A stretch of DNA of 55,078 nt from an uncultured Bacillales bacterium (GCA_946408655.1 CAMJTE010000001.1:1-55078), one strand, 5' to 3'; shown: positions 27,010 to 36,160, numbered from the stretch's first letter. Translations and numbers: made by a program. Notes: generated by a model not told the origin, from the sequence alone.

Positions 27010-27900
27010 CTATACCAACTCATATCTTCTTGCAATTATTCTCTCATCAGAACAATATTCAATTACACAACTATTTTCTTTCTTACAAATAATAATACCT
27101 ACTGTTTTATTATCATCAAGTTCTTTTACATTCTTATCTATATAATTCATATAGTTTTGTATTTGTCCTGTATGTTTAGAATTTATTTCAGTTACTTTTA
27201 ATTCAATAACTACATAACATCTAAATTTAATATTATAAAGTAGGATGTCAATATAATTATATCTATCTTTAAGTTTTATAGGATATTCACTCCCAATAAA
27301 AATAAATGAATTACCTAACTCTTTCATAAACGACTGTATATCCTCTAATATTAATTTTTGTAATACTTTTTCTGATATATCATCAAGGTTATTACTATTT
27401 CTAATACGTATAGGATTTTTAACAAAATCTACTATAGCAGTTTTTTTCTTAGTAATAAGTTTATTTTTAGAATCATCAGGTAACCTTTCATATTCATTTG
27501 ACTTTATTCTAGTTCTTAACTGTCTAACTGATAAGTTTTGTTGTTCGCATATTTTTATATAATATATAACTTTCTTAATATCATCGAATCTTAAAATTTC
27601 ATCATAGTGACTCCAAGATAATTTTGCCGACAGTGTCGGCAATTTTCCTTTTGAAATAAAATTATAATATTTTAGCATTTTATATAATAATCTAGCACTA
27701 TAACTTTTTCCTAAATCATTTTGCAACTTATGTGAGTATTCTTTTATAATCCCATCACCATAATGCTTACCTGCATCCATCAGCATTTTTCCAACATTAT
27801 AATAAGTATTTAAATCACTTTTATTAATTGAATAATTTTTTGCTCTTTTGTTTATTTCATTATTAATTAATTCATTCTTTATCTCATTATAATAATTCAT
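27010..27900 (-). CDS. PDDEXK nuclease-fold protein, YhcG/DUF1016 family
   Basis: 296 aa. LSWSHYDEILR motif. C-terminal FIGSEYPIKL..YIDILLYNIKFRCYVVIELKV..TGQIQNYMNY restriction-endonuclease-like core. Confidence 0.75.
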   Translation of the reverse strand: MNYYNEIKNELINNEINKRAKNYSINKSDLNTYYNVGKMLMDAGKHYGDGIIKEYSHKLQNDLGKSYSARLLYKMLKYYNFISKGKLPTLSAKLSWSHYDEILRFDDIKKVIYYIKICEQQNLSVRQLRTRIKSNEYERLPDDSKNKLITKKKTAIVDFVKNPIRIRNSNNLDDISEKVLQKLILEDIQSFMKELGNSFIFIGSEYPIKLKDRYNYIDILLYNIKFRCYVVIELKVTEINSKHTGQIQNYMNYIDKNVKELDDNKTVGIIICKKENSCVIEYCSDERIIARRYELV

Positions 27901-27972
27901 AATTACATCTATCCTCTCTACTATTATTATTCAACAAAACTTTTAAATTTCCTTCTTTTTTTACAAATTTAT

Positions 27973-27999
27973 AAAAAAAAATATCTGTTTTATCAGATA
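27973..27999 (-). terminator. Intrinsic terminator after the TadC-like gene
   Basis: Minus strand reads tatctg-ataaaa-cagata followed by T9. Confidence 0.6.
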
Positions 28000-28001
28000 C
28001 T

Positions 28002-28793
28002 TTATATCATGAGAGTCATTGACATGAAAAGCAACATCATTACTCCTCCACCTGTTGCGAATAACATTACCATGGTTTTCTTTTCCATCTTATCTAATCT
28101 TTCTTGATACTTTATTTCTCTTGCTTTATTTTGTAGTGTTGATACCATACGAGAGAATGCCATTACTTGTTCTTGTTTATTATCTTGTGAACCAAGACTT
28201 AATCTATATAATAGTCTCATCATTCTCATTGAATCTCTTACTGGGTATTCTTCTGCAAAATCTGTATATGGTTTTATTGATGAATCTCCAGAATCAATTT
28301 TAGCGACTAATTTTAAAAGTCCTCTTTTAAATACTTCTGGTGCGGTTTCTATGCTTCTTGATAAAGCAATAGGAACTGTATAGTGTTGAACAAGTATTTC
28401 TAGTCCTTTTAAATAGTATGGTAATAATAAATCTATAGTATGCAAATGCGCTTTATACATTCTCTTTAGTTTTGCATATGGCATTTTAAATACTAATAGA
28501 GCAAGTACTACAGCAAGAAATATAACGATAAAGGCAAATTTACCTGCTAGTATTGATAAGAATAATACTATTAGAAATGTTAATACTGCATTTCTAATTC
28601 TTTTTTCAAACATTTCTTCTAGATCTATATCTTCATCTTCATATCTTAATCTTACTAAGAATTCATAATCATCTTCTCCTATATTTCTAAATATAGGAGA
28701 TAATTCTTTAATAAATTTATTACCATCAAATACTTTATTATATATAAATATAAATACTAAAGTAGCAGTAACTAATACATATATTAATCCCAT
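28002..28793 (-). CDS. TadC-like pilus platform protein (T2SSF-type)
   Basis: 263 aa. N-terminal TM, a central TM pair, a ~120-aa cytoplasmic helical domain and a C-terminal TM. The topology and pairing with the upstream paralog match TadB/TadC. Confidence 0.6.
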   Translation of the reverse strand: MGLIYVLVTATLVFIFIYNKVFDGNKFIKELSPIFRNIGEDDYEFLVRLRYEDEDIDLEEMFEKRIRNAVLTFLIVLFLSILAGKFAFIVIFLAVVLALLVFKMPYAKLKRMYKAHLHTIDLLLPYYLKGLEILVQHYTVPIALSRSIETAPEVFKRGLLKLVAKIDSGDSSIKPYTDFAEEYPVRDSMRMMRLLYRLSLGSQDNKQEQVMAFSRMVSTLQNKAREIKYQERLDKMEKKTMVMLFATGGGVMMLLFMSMTLMI

Positions 28794-29692
28794 TATTCTG
28801 CACCTACATTCTCATTATAATATTTTTCTCCACTTAGCAAGAAATATGAATTCATAAATACTAATAAATGTATGAGTAATTTTAAATACCACATAGATAA
28901 TAGTTGTGAATAAGTGTCTCCTAATAACAACTGTATTAAAGCAATCATACCATAAAGCATAATACCAAATCTAATAAATTTCTTATGGAAGTTTGCTCTA
29001 TCTATTCTATCCCTATATACAGCCTCTACTAGCATATCTATATCAAGACTCATATTTTCTAGAGATTCTTGTGAATCTTTCGCACCTTCATTAGTTATTT
29101 GTAAGAATAACTGATGCATATTTTTAACCATGTAATAATCATACTTGTTTTGAAAATACTCAAGTGATTGATTAATAGTTCCATTTTTATAAGCTAAATC
29201 TATCATTACTTTAACATCGCTTTTTACCGGATCTTCTAATACACCTGATTCATATACACCTTCTAAAGATTTAACAAATGACTGGGATGTTTGAAAATCC
29301 AAGATAATATTTGTTGTATATGTTTGTACTTGTTCAAAGATAAATTCACTATATAACCTTTTGCATCTTAAGTATTCTAAGTATGGAATAAAAGCTATAG
29401 CTATACCTGCATATATTATCGCAACTACTATATCATAAAAATATAAAAATCCCATCGCACCTGCAATACCACCAAAGATAACTATTTGTCTTAAATAATC
29501 TTTAAATTTGTAGTTTTGACCTAACTGTCTTATTTTTACTCTAATCTCTTTATAAGTATAAGGTGCGATTTTATCATATACTGGGCCTAAACTTCCAGTA
29601 ATCTCTTTATATACATCTTTACCACCAGTACTTCTATAAAAAACTATAAACAATAGTATTACACCTACTAGTAAAAATATTATCTGTATCAT
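28793..29692 (-). CDS. TadB-like pilus platform protein (T2SSF-type)
   Basis: Start reassigned to MIQIIFLL at 29692, where AGGAGGTG lies 5 nt upstream (track start 29710). Same TM/cytoplasmic-domain/TM topology as TadB. Confidence 0.6.
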   Translation of the reverse strand: MIQIIFLLVGVILLFIVFYRSTGGKDVYKEITGSLGPVYDKIAPYTYKEIRVKIRQLGQNYKFKDYLRQIVIFGGIAGAMGFLYFYDIVVAIIYAGIAIAFIPYLEYLRCKRLYSEFIFEQVQTYTTNIILDFQTSQSFVKSLEGVYESGVLEDPVKSDVKVMIDLAYKNGTINQSLEYFQNKYDYYMVKNMHQLFLQITNEGAKDSQESLENMSLDIDMLVEAVYRDRIDRANFHKKFIRFGIMLYGMIALIQLLLGDTYSQLLSMWYLKLLIHLLVFMNSYFLLSGEKYYNENVGAE

Positions 29693-29702
29693 ATCGCACC
29701 TC

Positions 29703-30818
29703 CTATTCAAAAATTATTTGATTATTATTAATTGTTGAATTTACACTTTCTGTATTATTGTCATCTGTTGGAATAATAATATTCCTGTCCATTCTAACTC
29801 CTTGAGCTTCCAAATAATCAAATAAATACTTACTTGGATTTTTTCTAGTAATATGTCCATCTGGAGTCTTTCTATAAATAGTATTATACTTAGCCTCATT
29901 ATCTTCAGTTACATAAAACTCTGTTACTTCTGCAATTTCTCTTATCATTCTATGTGTAGTAGCATCTTGATAAGCACGAATATATACACCTAGTTGAATA
30001 TATCTATAAATAGATTTTAAGAATTGATCTATATCTTGATTAGTCTCAAGTAATGAATACATTCTGTTTGGTATAGATGCAGCCTTATCAGCATGTATTG
30101 TCGATAAAATGTAATGTCCAGATGATATTGAGTTTCTAACCGCCATTACAGCTTCTGCACTTCTTACCTCTGATAGTAATATCCATTTAGGATTCTGTCT
30201 CATACAAGTAACAAGAACATCTGAATAACTAGCAATGTTATTTGTCTTCATAGCTACTATATCTCGTTCTGGAAATATTCTATCAAGATGGAGTTCTAGA
30301 GTATCTTCAATTGTAATAATTTTCTCATCTACTTTAGTATTGGCAGCTAAATACTTAATAAATTCAGTCTTACCACTACCAGTTTCTCCACATACCATAA
30401 TATTAGTATGACCGTGCACACATTGTATTAAAAAGTTAAGAATATCTTCAGTAATATATTTTTCCTGTATTATTTTATTTCTCTCTAACCTTATTTTAGC
30501 TGGTGTCTTTCTTATAACACATGCAATACCATTTCTAGCTATTGAGTCGTGAACAAAATTAATACGAAGTTGTTCTGATTCACTATCCAAAAAAGGATGA
30601 GCTGCATTGAAACTTCTACCTACTACATTCGCACATTGAAAAGCTAGCTTGTCCATAAAATTATCATCAATACCAGGATTATTTACTCTAAATGTACCAT
30701 GGGATAATGTTCTAAGCCAAAGTTGTCCACCGTTATCATAAGATATATCTGTAACATCATCGTTATCTAGGTATTGCTGTAAAGGTCCAAAGTCCATTTC
30801 ATCAAAAACATTATCCAC
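29703..30818 (-). CDS. TadA/CpaF-type secretion ATPase (T2SSE/VirB11 superfamily)
   Basis: 371 aa. Walker A GETGSGKTE, Asp box ITIEDTLEL, Walker B ILLSEVRSAEA, His box STIHA. GTG start preceded by GAGGTG. Confidence 0.85.
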   Translation of the reverse strand: MDNVFDEMDFGPLQQYLDNDDVTDISYDNGGQLWLRTLSHGTFRVNNPGIDDNFMDKLAFQCANVVGRSFNAAHPFLDSESEQLRINFVHDSIARNGIACVIRKTPAKIRLERNKIIQEKYITEDILNFLIQCVHGHTNIMVCGETGSGKTEFIKYLAANTKVDEKIITIEDTLELHLDRIFPERDIVAMKTNNIASYSDVLVTCMRQNPKWILLSEVRSAEAVMAVRNSISSGHYILSTIHADKAASIPNRMYSLLETNQDIDQFLKSIYRYIQLGVYIRAYQDATTHRMIREIAEVTEFYVTEDNEAKYNTIYRKTPDGHITRKNPSKYLFDYLEAQGVRMDRNIIIPTDDNNTESVNSTINNNQIIFE

Positions 30819-30852
30819 AAGTCACACCTCGATTTCCTTTTTATTCTTCTAA

Positions 30853-31719
30853 TTATCCAACTAGATTTCTACTATTATTTGTTGTATTTGTTGTATCAGT
30901 AGTATTAGTTGTAGTTTCACTATTTTGTGCTTTTACAAATTCTTCAACTGCTTCATCACTAACTGTACTTGTTGCATTATTTATATAGTCTTGTAATGTT
31001 TTACTGCTAACAAGTGTTCCTGCTTTAGAAACGTATTTTTGTCCTTTAGGTTCTATAACTAAATCAATTCCTTGTCCTTTTAAATATTCAGCACGTTTTA
31101 ATAATTTATAATTATCACGTGATAATCCAAATGCTAAATATGATGGACTACCAATATTAGCAGGATCGGCAAAAACGTTATGTCCTGCATTATCATGTAC
31201 AGCAAGTACTTTTATACTACTAAATAATTTACCATACATAATATTACCATTAGCATCACGAGCTGACATATATATATCTATATGTGAATCAGGAAGTATT
31301 GAGTTACCAAAAGTTGATACCATATCAACCTTGTAGTAATATGCTTCTTCTCCTTTAGATATATCTATCTTTTCAATCCAATTACCTGGAATTGAATCTT
31401 CAGTAGCTAACCATTCTGCATAAATCATTGAACCTGCAGGTATAGTTACATTAATATTAGTATACTTACCTACTATTAAAGATGCATTTCTAACTACATT
31501 TTCTGTAAGTCCTACTTTCGATATTTTCTTAATCTGTAACATATCACCTGTAATCTTAGTTTGTGCAGGAATTGTTTTTTTGGCAACCGGTATACTTACT
31601 GGATTTACTGTTTGATTAATCGTTACATTAAACCCAATAAATAGCAAAAATACTATTAATATAATTCCTAATATAGTTACTGTATTTTTATTTCTTAAAA
31701 ATTTACTTAATCCTCTCAT
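30853..31719 (-). CDS. CpaB/RcpC-like Flp pilus assembly protein
   Basis: Start reassigned to MRGLSKF at 31719, where AAGGAG lies 5 nt upstream. N-terminal TM, SAF-like segment (IPAQTKITGDMLQIKKI...IPAGSMIY), RcpC-like segment (DIYMSA...IKVLAV). Thr/Asn-rich tail. Confidence 0.7.
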   Translation of the reverse strand: MRGLSKFLRNKNTVTILGIILIVFLLFIGFNVTINQTVNPVSIPVAKKTIPAQTKITGDMLQIKKISKVGLTENVVRNASLIVGKYTNINVTIPAGSMIYAEWLATEDSIPGNWIEKIDISKGEEAYYYKVDMVSTFGNSILPDSHIDIYMSARDANGNIMYGKLFSSIKVLAVHDNAGHNVFADPANIGSPSYLAFGLSRDNYKLLKRAEYLKGQGIDLVIEPKGQKYVSKAGTLVSSKTLQDYINNATSTVSDEAVEEFVKAQNSETTTNTTDTTNTTNNSRNLVG

Positions 31720-31730
31720 ATTAACTCCTT

Positions 31731-32123
31731 TCAATTCTTAGTTTCTAATATAGCATCTACTTTATTAACTAGATCAAATTTTAATACATCACTAGTTCCT
31801 TTTTCAGTAGAAGATACTTTAATACTTACCTTAGGTGGTTCTTCATTAATATCATATATATCTATTTGATAATTTCTAGATAAAGATGCATTTTCCGCAA
31901 ATCTTCTTAAAAATATTTCAATAAATTTATCTTTATCTATTTTTACAATTCCATTTTCTAGTGATTCTTTATCTACTGCATCATACATTGCAGCCTCAGT
32001 AGTTTCCCGAAGAAGTGTGTAATTATGTTGATCAGCAGTAGAAACACGTTGCATAAAGAAGATAAATACTATCGCAATTATCCCAAACATTATTATGAAA
32101 TATGCCCAAATCGAATCTTTCAT
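31731..32123 (-). CDS. Small N-terminally anchored protein (possible minor pilin or TadE/G-like)
   Basis: 130 aa. MKDSIW then a hydrophobic helix. Its start abuts the stop of the upstream 828-aa gene. Confidence 0.35.
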   Translation of the reverse strand: MKDSIWAYFIIMFGIIAIVFIFFMQRVSTADQHNYTLLRETTEAAMYDAVDKESLENGIVKIDKDKFIEIFLRRFAENASLSRNYQIDIYDINEEPPKVSIKVSSTEKGTSDVLKFDLVNKVDAILETKN

Positions 32124-34610
32124 CTAGTCCCCCTTCTTCCAAACATTGTCAAGGTCACATATACCATTAGTTGTAACACTAGATTTACATAAACCACCAA
32201 TATTATTTTCCTTAATATATGTATTAATAAACTCATTAATAGAACTACTAGAAGATGAGTATCCGCCTTGATTTTTATTATATTCTCTAATATTTTTAAT
32301 ATCGGATGGTTCTAATTTAATACTATATAACGGCCCATCAACACTCTTTTCAACATTATTAGCAGTCATATATTTACCATTTGCATTAGGTCTTTGCTTT
32401 ATATACTTTTGAATTCTAAAATTGTTTGCGCCACATCCGTTATTATTATCTGCATCTGAAGTTTTATCTTCATAACTTACAGTTATACCTTCAGAAGCAG
32501 ACTCTCCATATAATGATGCAATCATCTGTTGTACTAAAGTAGCATCATTTGTATCAACATTACCATTTGAATCTACATCCGCACAATTTAAACTAATCTT
32601 CATTCCTTGAAAATTATTAGCATCTACAGCGCCACTTCCCCCAGCAGCCTGAATTTTTTGAATTAAAACCACATCTTCATCATCTAAATTTCCATTTCCA
32701 TTAACATCTCCAAGAAGTTGACAAATTTCTTTATTGGCTTCTGCTTCTTCATCACCAGTTTCACACCAGTTAAAGCCAGTATCTCTTTCCTCACCATAAT
32801 ACTTAACAAAAGGTTTATCGTAATTTATAGTTCTATATAAGTACTCAACATCCCCATTTACAACACCATATTTACATTCTGTATTTCGACCATTTTCACC
32901 AAAACTTACATTTTTAAACACTGTATCAGTTAAATCAAAATCAATATGAGATTTATTATTATTTGATACCTCGGCATCATTAGGGACTGTAAAACCATTC
33001 ATACTGTCAGGGTATTTATATTGAACTTTTGCAACAAATCCCCAACCAAAACCTTTTTTAACATCATTAGTATAATTATTACATAAAACGTTCCCATTAC
33101 TTTTTCTACATAAATTACTATCATTATAATTCTCAATTTTTGTAATACTACCATTAATTGTTATTTCATTATTTCCTACTTTCATCTTTAACTTCGGCGT
33201 AATTAAACTGCTATGTATTTCTTTTTCCGCTGCTTTAGGATTATTATATAATATAGGTACATTGCAATCATAAACAACCGTTGCCTCACCAATTACACCA
33301 TTATCAACTTTATATATTTTTCCGCCTTTTTTTGTATATTTATCTTTTACAGCATTGTTTTCAAATGAAAATCTAGCAGAACAATATGCATTAAATTTAC
33401 CAGATTCAATTTCTAAATTATTATCAATCCAACTATATGAAATATCTGTTTTATCACAATCAATCTTTCCTGGATTATTAGATATATATCCACAACTTGT
33501 ATCATTAATATCTAAAAGTTTCTCACCATAATCATTATTCCCTGAATGATTTATATATAATTCTGCATTAGAAACTGGATTATCTGTAATTTGTTGTTCA
33601 CATGGTTTAGATGTATCATTAATATTAAATACACCATTCCATTCTACTGGTGATAAATTATATGTACCTTCCATTAACATATTTGGCACAATCGATTGAT
33701 ATTTAGTCGTATATTCTTTACCACATGCATATCTTTTCGATTTATAAGTTTTTGCAGTATTATTAATACTTATTTCTATATAATTATTTACTCCTAAAGA
33801 TTCATTAATGTTATTAGAAATATCTGCAGTAATTAATGCAGTCCCATCATTATTTTTATCAACATTATAATTTATTGAATTCTTATGATTTTCATCACCA
33901 ACAGATATATTATTTACCGTTGCATCATCACAATTTTTATCAGAACAGTTTAACAAAATTTTAAGTTGATAATTAGACGATTGAGATTTATTTATAGAAG
34001 TATTTTGTGTTCCTATAACAACATTATTAACCTTAATATTTTTTATTTTTATTGTACTCTCCTTGCTTGAGTACTTATTATAATAATCTTCAATTTTTTT
34101 TCGATATGTCTCACTTATCGATAGATTAGGTTCGTGGAAAACAGCATGATTTGATGAATTACGAATATTATTTACATCTTCATGATAGTGCTGATAGAGA
34201 AAATCATTTATAGCCATTTCCCCATAAAAATAGTCTCTTTCACTTATTCCGTTTTCTCCACGCAAATCATATATAAAATGCCCTATACTTGCACTCACTA
34301 TTTCGTTTTCCGTATCATTATTTTTAACCCAAGGTTCTGACTCACATCCTAAGTAATACCATGGAACTTTATATCCCCACTCAGTACAAAAAGCACGTCC
34401 AGAAATTGTTTCATTTCCAACCTTAGCTTCATATGTTTTATTAACAATTCGATCTGGATAAATAGTAATTCCTGAATAATCAGAGCTTTTATTATAGTCA
34501 TAATATCTTTTAAGCTGTAATTTTTCTGGAAAATAACTAACCGCATATACATCTATTCCATATATAATTGTTACAATTGCAATTATCAATAATCCGTATT
34601 TCCTTTTCAT
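32124..34610 (-). CDS. Large secreted protein with an internal dockerin-type Ca-binding module (candidate adhesin or pilus-associated protein)
   Basis: 828 aa. Signal peptide ending DVYA. Asn/Cys-rich extracellular region. Duplicated DxNxNGxxDxxD-helix segments near the C-terminus. First gene of the Tad operon. Confidence 0.6.
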   Translation of the reverse strand: MKRKYGLLIIAIVTIIYGIDVYAVSYFPEKLQLKRYYDYNKSSDYSGITIYPDRIVNKTYEAKVGNETISGRAFCTEWGYKVPWYYLGCESEPWVKNNDTENEIVSASIGHFIYDLRGENGISERDYFYGEMAINDFLYQHYHEDVNNIRNSSNHAVFHEPNLSISETYRKKIEDYYNKYSSKESTIKIKNIKVNNVVIGTQNTSINKSQSSNYQLKILLNCSDKNCDDATVNNISVGDENHKNSINYNVDKNNDGTALITADISNNINESLGVNNYIEISINNTAKTYKSKRYACGKEYTTKYQSIVPNMLMEGTYNLSPVEWNGVFNINDTSKPCEQQITDNPVSNAELYINHSGNNDYGEKLLDINDTSCGYISNNPGKIDCDKTDISYSWIDNNLEIESGKFNAYCSARFSFENNAVKDKYTKKGGKIYKVDNGVIGEATVVYDCNVPILYNNPKAAEKEIHSSLITPKLKMKVGNNEITINGSITKIENYNDSNLCRKSNGNVLCNNYTNDVKKGFGWGFVAKVQYKYPDSMNGFTVPNDAEVSNNNKSHIDFDLTDTVFKNVSFGENGRNTECKYGVVNGDVEYLYRTINYDKPFVKYYGEERDTGFNWCETGDEEAEANKEICQLLGDVNGNGNLDDEDVVLIQKIQAAGGSGAVDANNFQGMKISLNCADVDSNGNVDTNDATLVQQMIASLYGESASEGITVSYEDKTSDADNNNGCGANNFRIQKYIKQRPNANGKYMTANNVEKSVDGPLYSIKLEPSDIKNIREYNKNQGGYSSSSSSINEFINTYIKENNIGGLCKSSVTTNGICDLDNVWKKGD
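32514..32711 (-). other. Dockerin type I-like duplicated EF-hand module inside the 828-aa protein
   Basis: GDVNGNGNLDDEDVVLIQKIQ, a spacer, then ADVDSNGNVDTNDATLVQQMIAS. Confidence 0.7.
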
Positions 34611-34673
34611 AGTAATATCCTCTCATATTCTTACTTAATTTTAGCATACATTTTATTTTTTGTATATAATTTA

Positions 34674-34702
34674 TTGAAAAAAAAGTATAAAAATATTATA
34701 AT
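34674..34702 (+). promoter_or_regulatory. Candidate scpA promoter
   Basis: TTGAAA, 17 nt, then TATAAT. It lies 20 nt upstream of the scpA start. Confidence 0.5.
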
Positions 34703-34722
34703 GAATAGGTATTGGTGATTGT

Positions 34723-35436
34723 ATGGAATATGAAGTTAAAATAAGTGAATTTGAAGGTCCACTTGATTTATTACTGCACTTAATCAAGAAAGAAAATATT
34801 AGTATTTTTGATATAAGTATTGAAGAAATAATTAAACAATATTTAAGTTATATAAATAAAATGAAAGAAGAAAATTTAGATATTACAAGTGAATATTTAG
34901 TAATGGCTTCTGAATTAATAGAATTAAAATCAAAAATGTTACTACCTAATAAAACTGAGGAAATTGAAGAAGAAATAGAAGAAGCTACAAACGATTTAAT
35001 TAATAGATTACTTGAATATGATAAATATAAAAATATGACTAGTGAATTTAGAAATTTAGAAAATACTAGACGACAAATATATACAAGAGATTCAGAAGAA
35101 CTATTAAATTATGCAAATAAGGATGATATTGATTATGGAATAGATCTAGATGATTTAGTTAATGCTTTTAAGAAATTCTTAGAATATAAAGAATCTACAA
35201 AACCACTAAATACAAAAATAGAAAAAAAAGAATTTTCAGTTGGTGAAAGATGTCAAGAAATTCGAAATAAAATAAAATTAAAAGGGAAATTAAATTTTGA
35301 AGACTTGTTTGAAGTAGTAACTAAAGAATATGTAGTTGTTACATTTCTTGCAATTTTATCTCTGGCTAAGAAACAAGAAATTTCAATTAAACAAGATAAT
35401 AACTTTAATAATATTACAATCGAGGTAAGGAAGTGA
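34723..35436 (+). CDS. scpA: Segregation and condensation protein A (kleisin)
   Basis: 237 aa. Hallmark N-terminus FEGPLDLLLHLIKK. Followed by scpB. Confidence 0.9.
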   Translation: MEYEVKISEFEGPLDLLLHLIKKENISIFDISIEEIIKQYLSYINKMKEENLDITSEYLVMASELIELKSKMLLPNKTEEIEEEIEEATNDLINRLLEYDKYKNMTSEFRNLENTRRQIYTRDSEELLNYANKDDIDYGIDLDDLVNAFKKFLEYKESTKPLNTKIEKKEFSVGERCQEIRNKIKLKGKLNFEDLFEVVTKEYVVVTFLAILSLAKKQEISIKQDNNFNNITIEVRK

Positions 35437-35439
35437 GTT

Positions 35440-35988
35440 ATGAAAGCCGCATTAGAAGGATTACTTTTTGTAATTGGTGATGAAGGGTTAACTTTAAAAG
35501 ACATAGTAACCATTTTAGAGATTAGTGAAGATGATGCTAAGAAACTAATAAAAAATTTATATAATGAATTAAATGAAGATAATAGAGGAATAAAATTAGA
35601 ATATTTAGGTGAAAGATTTAAACTAACTACAAAAGCTGAACATGCAAAATATTTTGAGAAACTAGTTCAAAACGAACAGAATAATAAATTATCAGATTCT
35701 GCTTTAGAAGTGTTGTCAATAATTGCATATAGCGGTCCTATTACTAGAGTTGATATTGATAAAATAAGAGGAGTATCTAGTGCATATATAGTAAGAAAGT
35801 TAGTTTTAAAAAACTTAATTGAAGAATGTGGAAAATCAGAAGATGCTGGTAGACCTATGCTATATAGAATTACTAATCAATTTTTAAATTATTTTGGTTT
35901 AGGGAGCGCAAAAGAATTACCTGAAATAAAAGAAATAGAAAAAACATCTGATAATGAAAATTTATTTGAAACAAAATATCACGAATAG
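35440..35988 (+). CDS. scpB: Segregation and condensation protein B
   Basis: 182 aa. LEGLLFVIGDEGL start. Tandem winged-helix pattern (ALEVLSIIAYSGPITRVDIDKIRGV). Confidence 0.9.
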   Translation: MKAALEGLLFVIGDEGLTLKDIVTILEISEDDAKKLIKNLYNELNEDNRGIKLEYLGERFKLTTKAEHAKYFEKLVQNEQNNKLSDSALEVLSIIAYSGPITRVDIDKIRGVSSAYIVRKLVLKNLIEECGKSEDAGRPMLYRITNQFLNYFGLGSAKELPEIKEIEKTSDNENLFETKYHE

Positions 35989-35991
35989 TCT

Positions 35992-36020
35992 TTGAAATTA
36001 TAGTAGATGTGTGCTATAAT
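35992..36020 (+). promoter_or_regulatory. Promoter of tRNA-Leu
   Basis: TTGAAA, 17 nt, then TGcTATAAT (extended -10). It ends 9 nt before the tRNA 5' end. Confidence 0.6.
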
Positions 36021-36029
36021 TGTTTTGTT

Positions 36030-36116
36030 GCTCGTGTGATGAAATTGGTAGACGTGCGAGACTCAAAATCTCGTGGTAGCAATACCGTATCGGTTCGAGT
36101 CCGATCACGAGCACCA
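36030..36116 (+). tRNA. tRNA-Leu (anticodon CAA), CCA encoded
   Basis: Acceptor stem gctcgtg/cacgagc. Anticodon stem cgaga/tctcg with loop ctCAAaa. Long variable arm. T-arm ggttcgagtcc. 3' CCA. Confidence 0.9.
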
Positions 36117-36133
36117 ACTTATATAATATCTAT

Positions 36134-36160
36134 CCTACTTTTTAGTAGGCTTTTTATTTT
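36134..36160 (+). terminator. Terminator after tRNA-Leu
   Basis: cctact-tttt-agtagg stem-loop followed by c-ttttt-a-tttt. Confidence 0.6.

Larger units (their letters stand above)
7110..34610 (-). other. Tad-like pilus plus T4SS gene supercluster, all co-oriented. The CHAP gene at 3898-5736 is a probable outlier member.
   Basis: About 30 contiguous minus-strand genes with short or overlapping junctions. Components are listed individually below. Confidence 0.7.

Noticed and set aside
29703-30818. Annotating the 371-aa secretion ATPase as VirB11 of the T4SS.
   Set aside because: It is flanked by a CpaB-like gene and two T2SSF-type (TadB/TadC-like) genes. It is separated from the VirB3/4/6 genes by a terminator, an inserted cassette and the pilin operon. 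TadA/CpaF is therefore the better call. The two families are related, so profile scoring is needed to settle it.
32514-32711. Taking the dockerin module as evidence for a cellulosome.
   Set aside because: No cohesin, glycoside hydrolase or scaffoldin is present in the window. Dockerin-like modules also occur in non-cellulosomal proteins. Only the module itself is reported.
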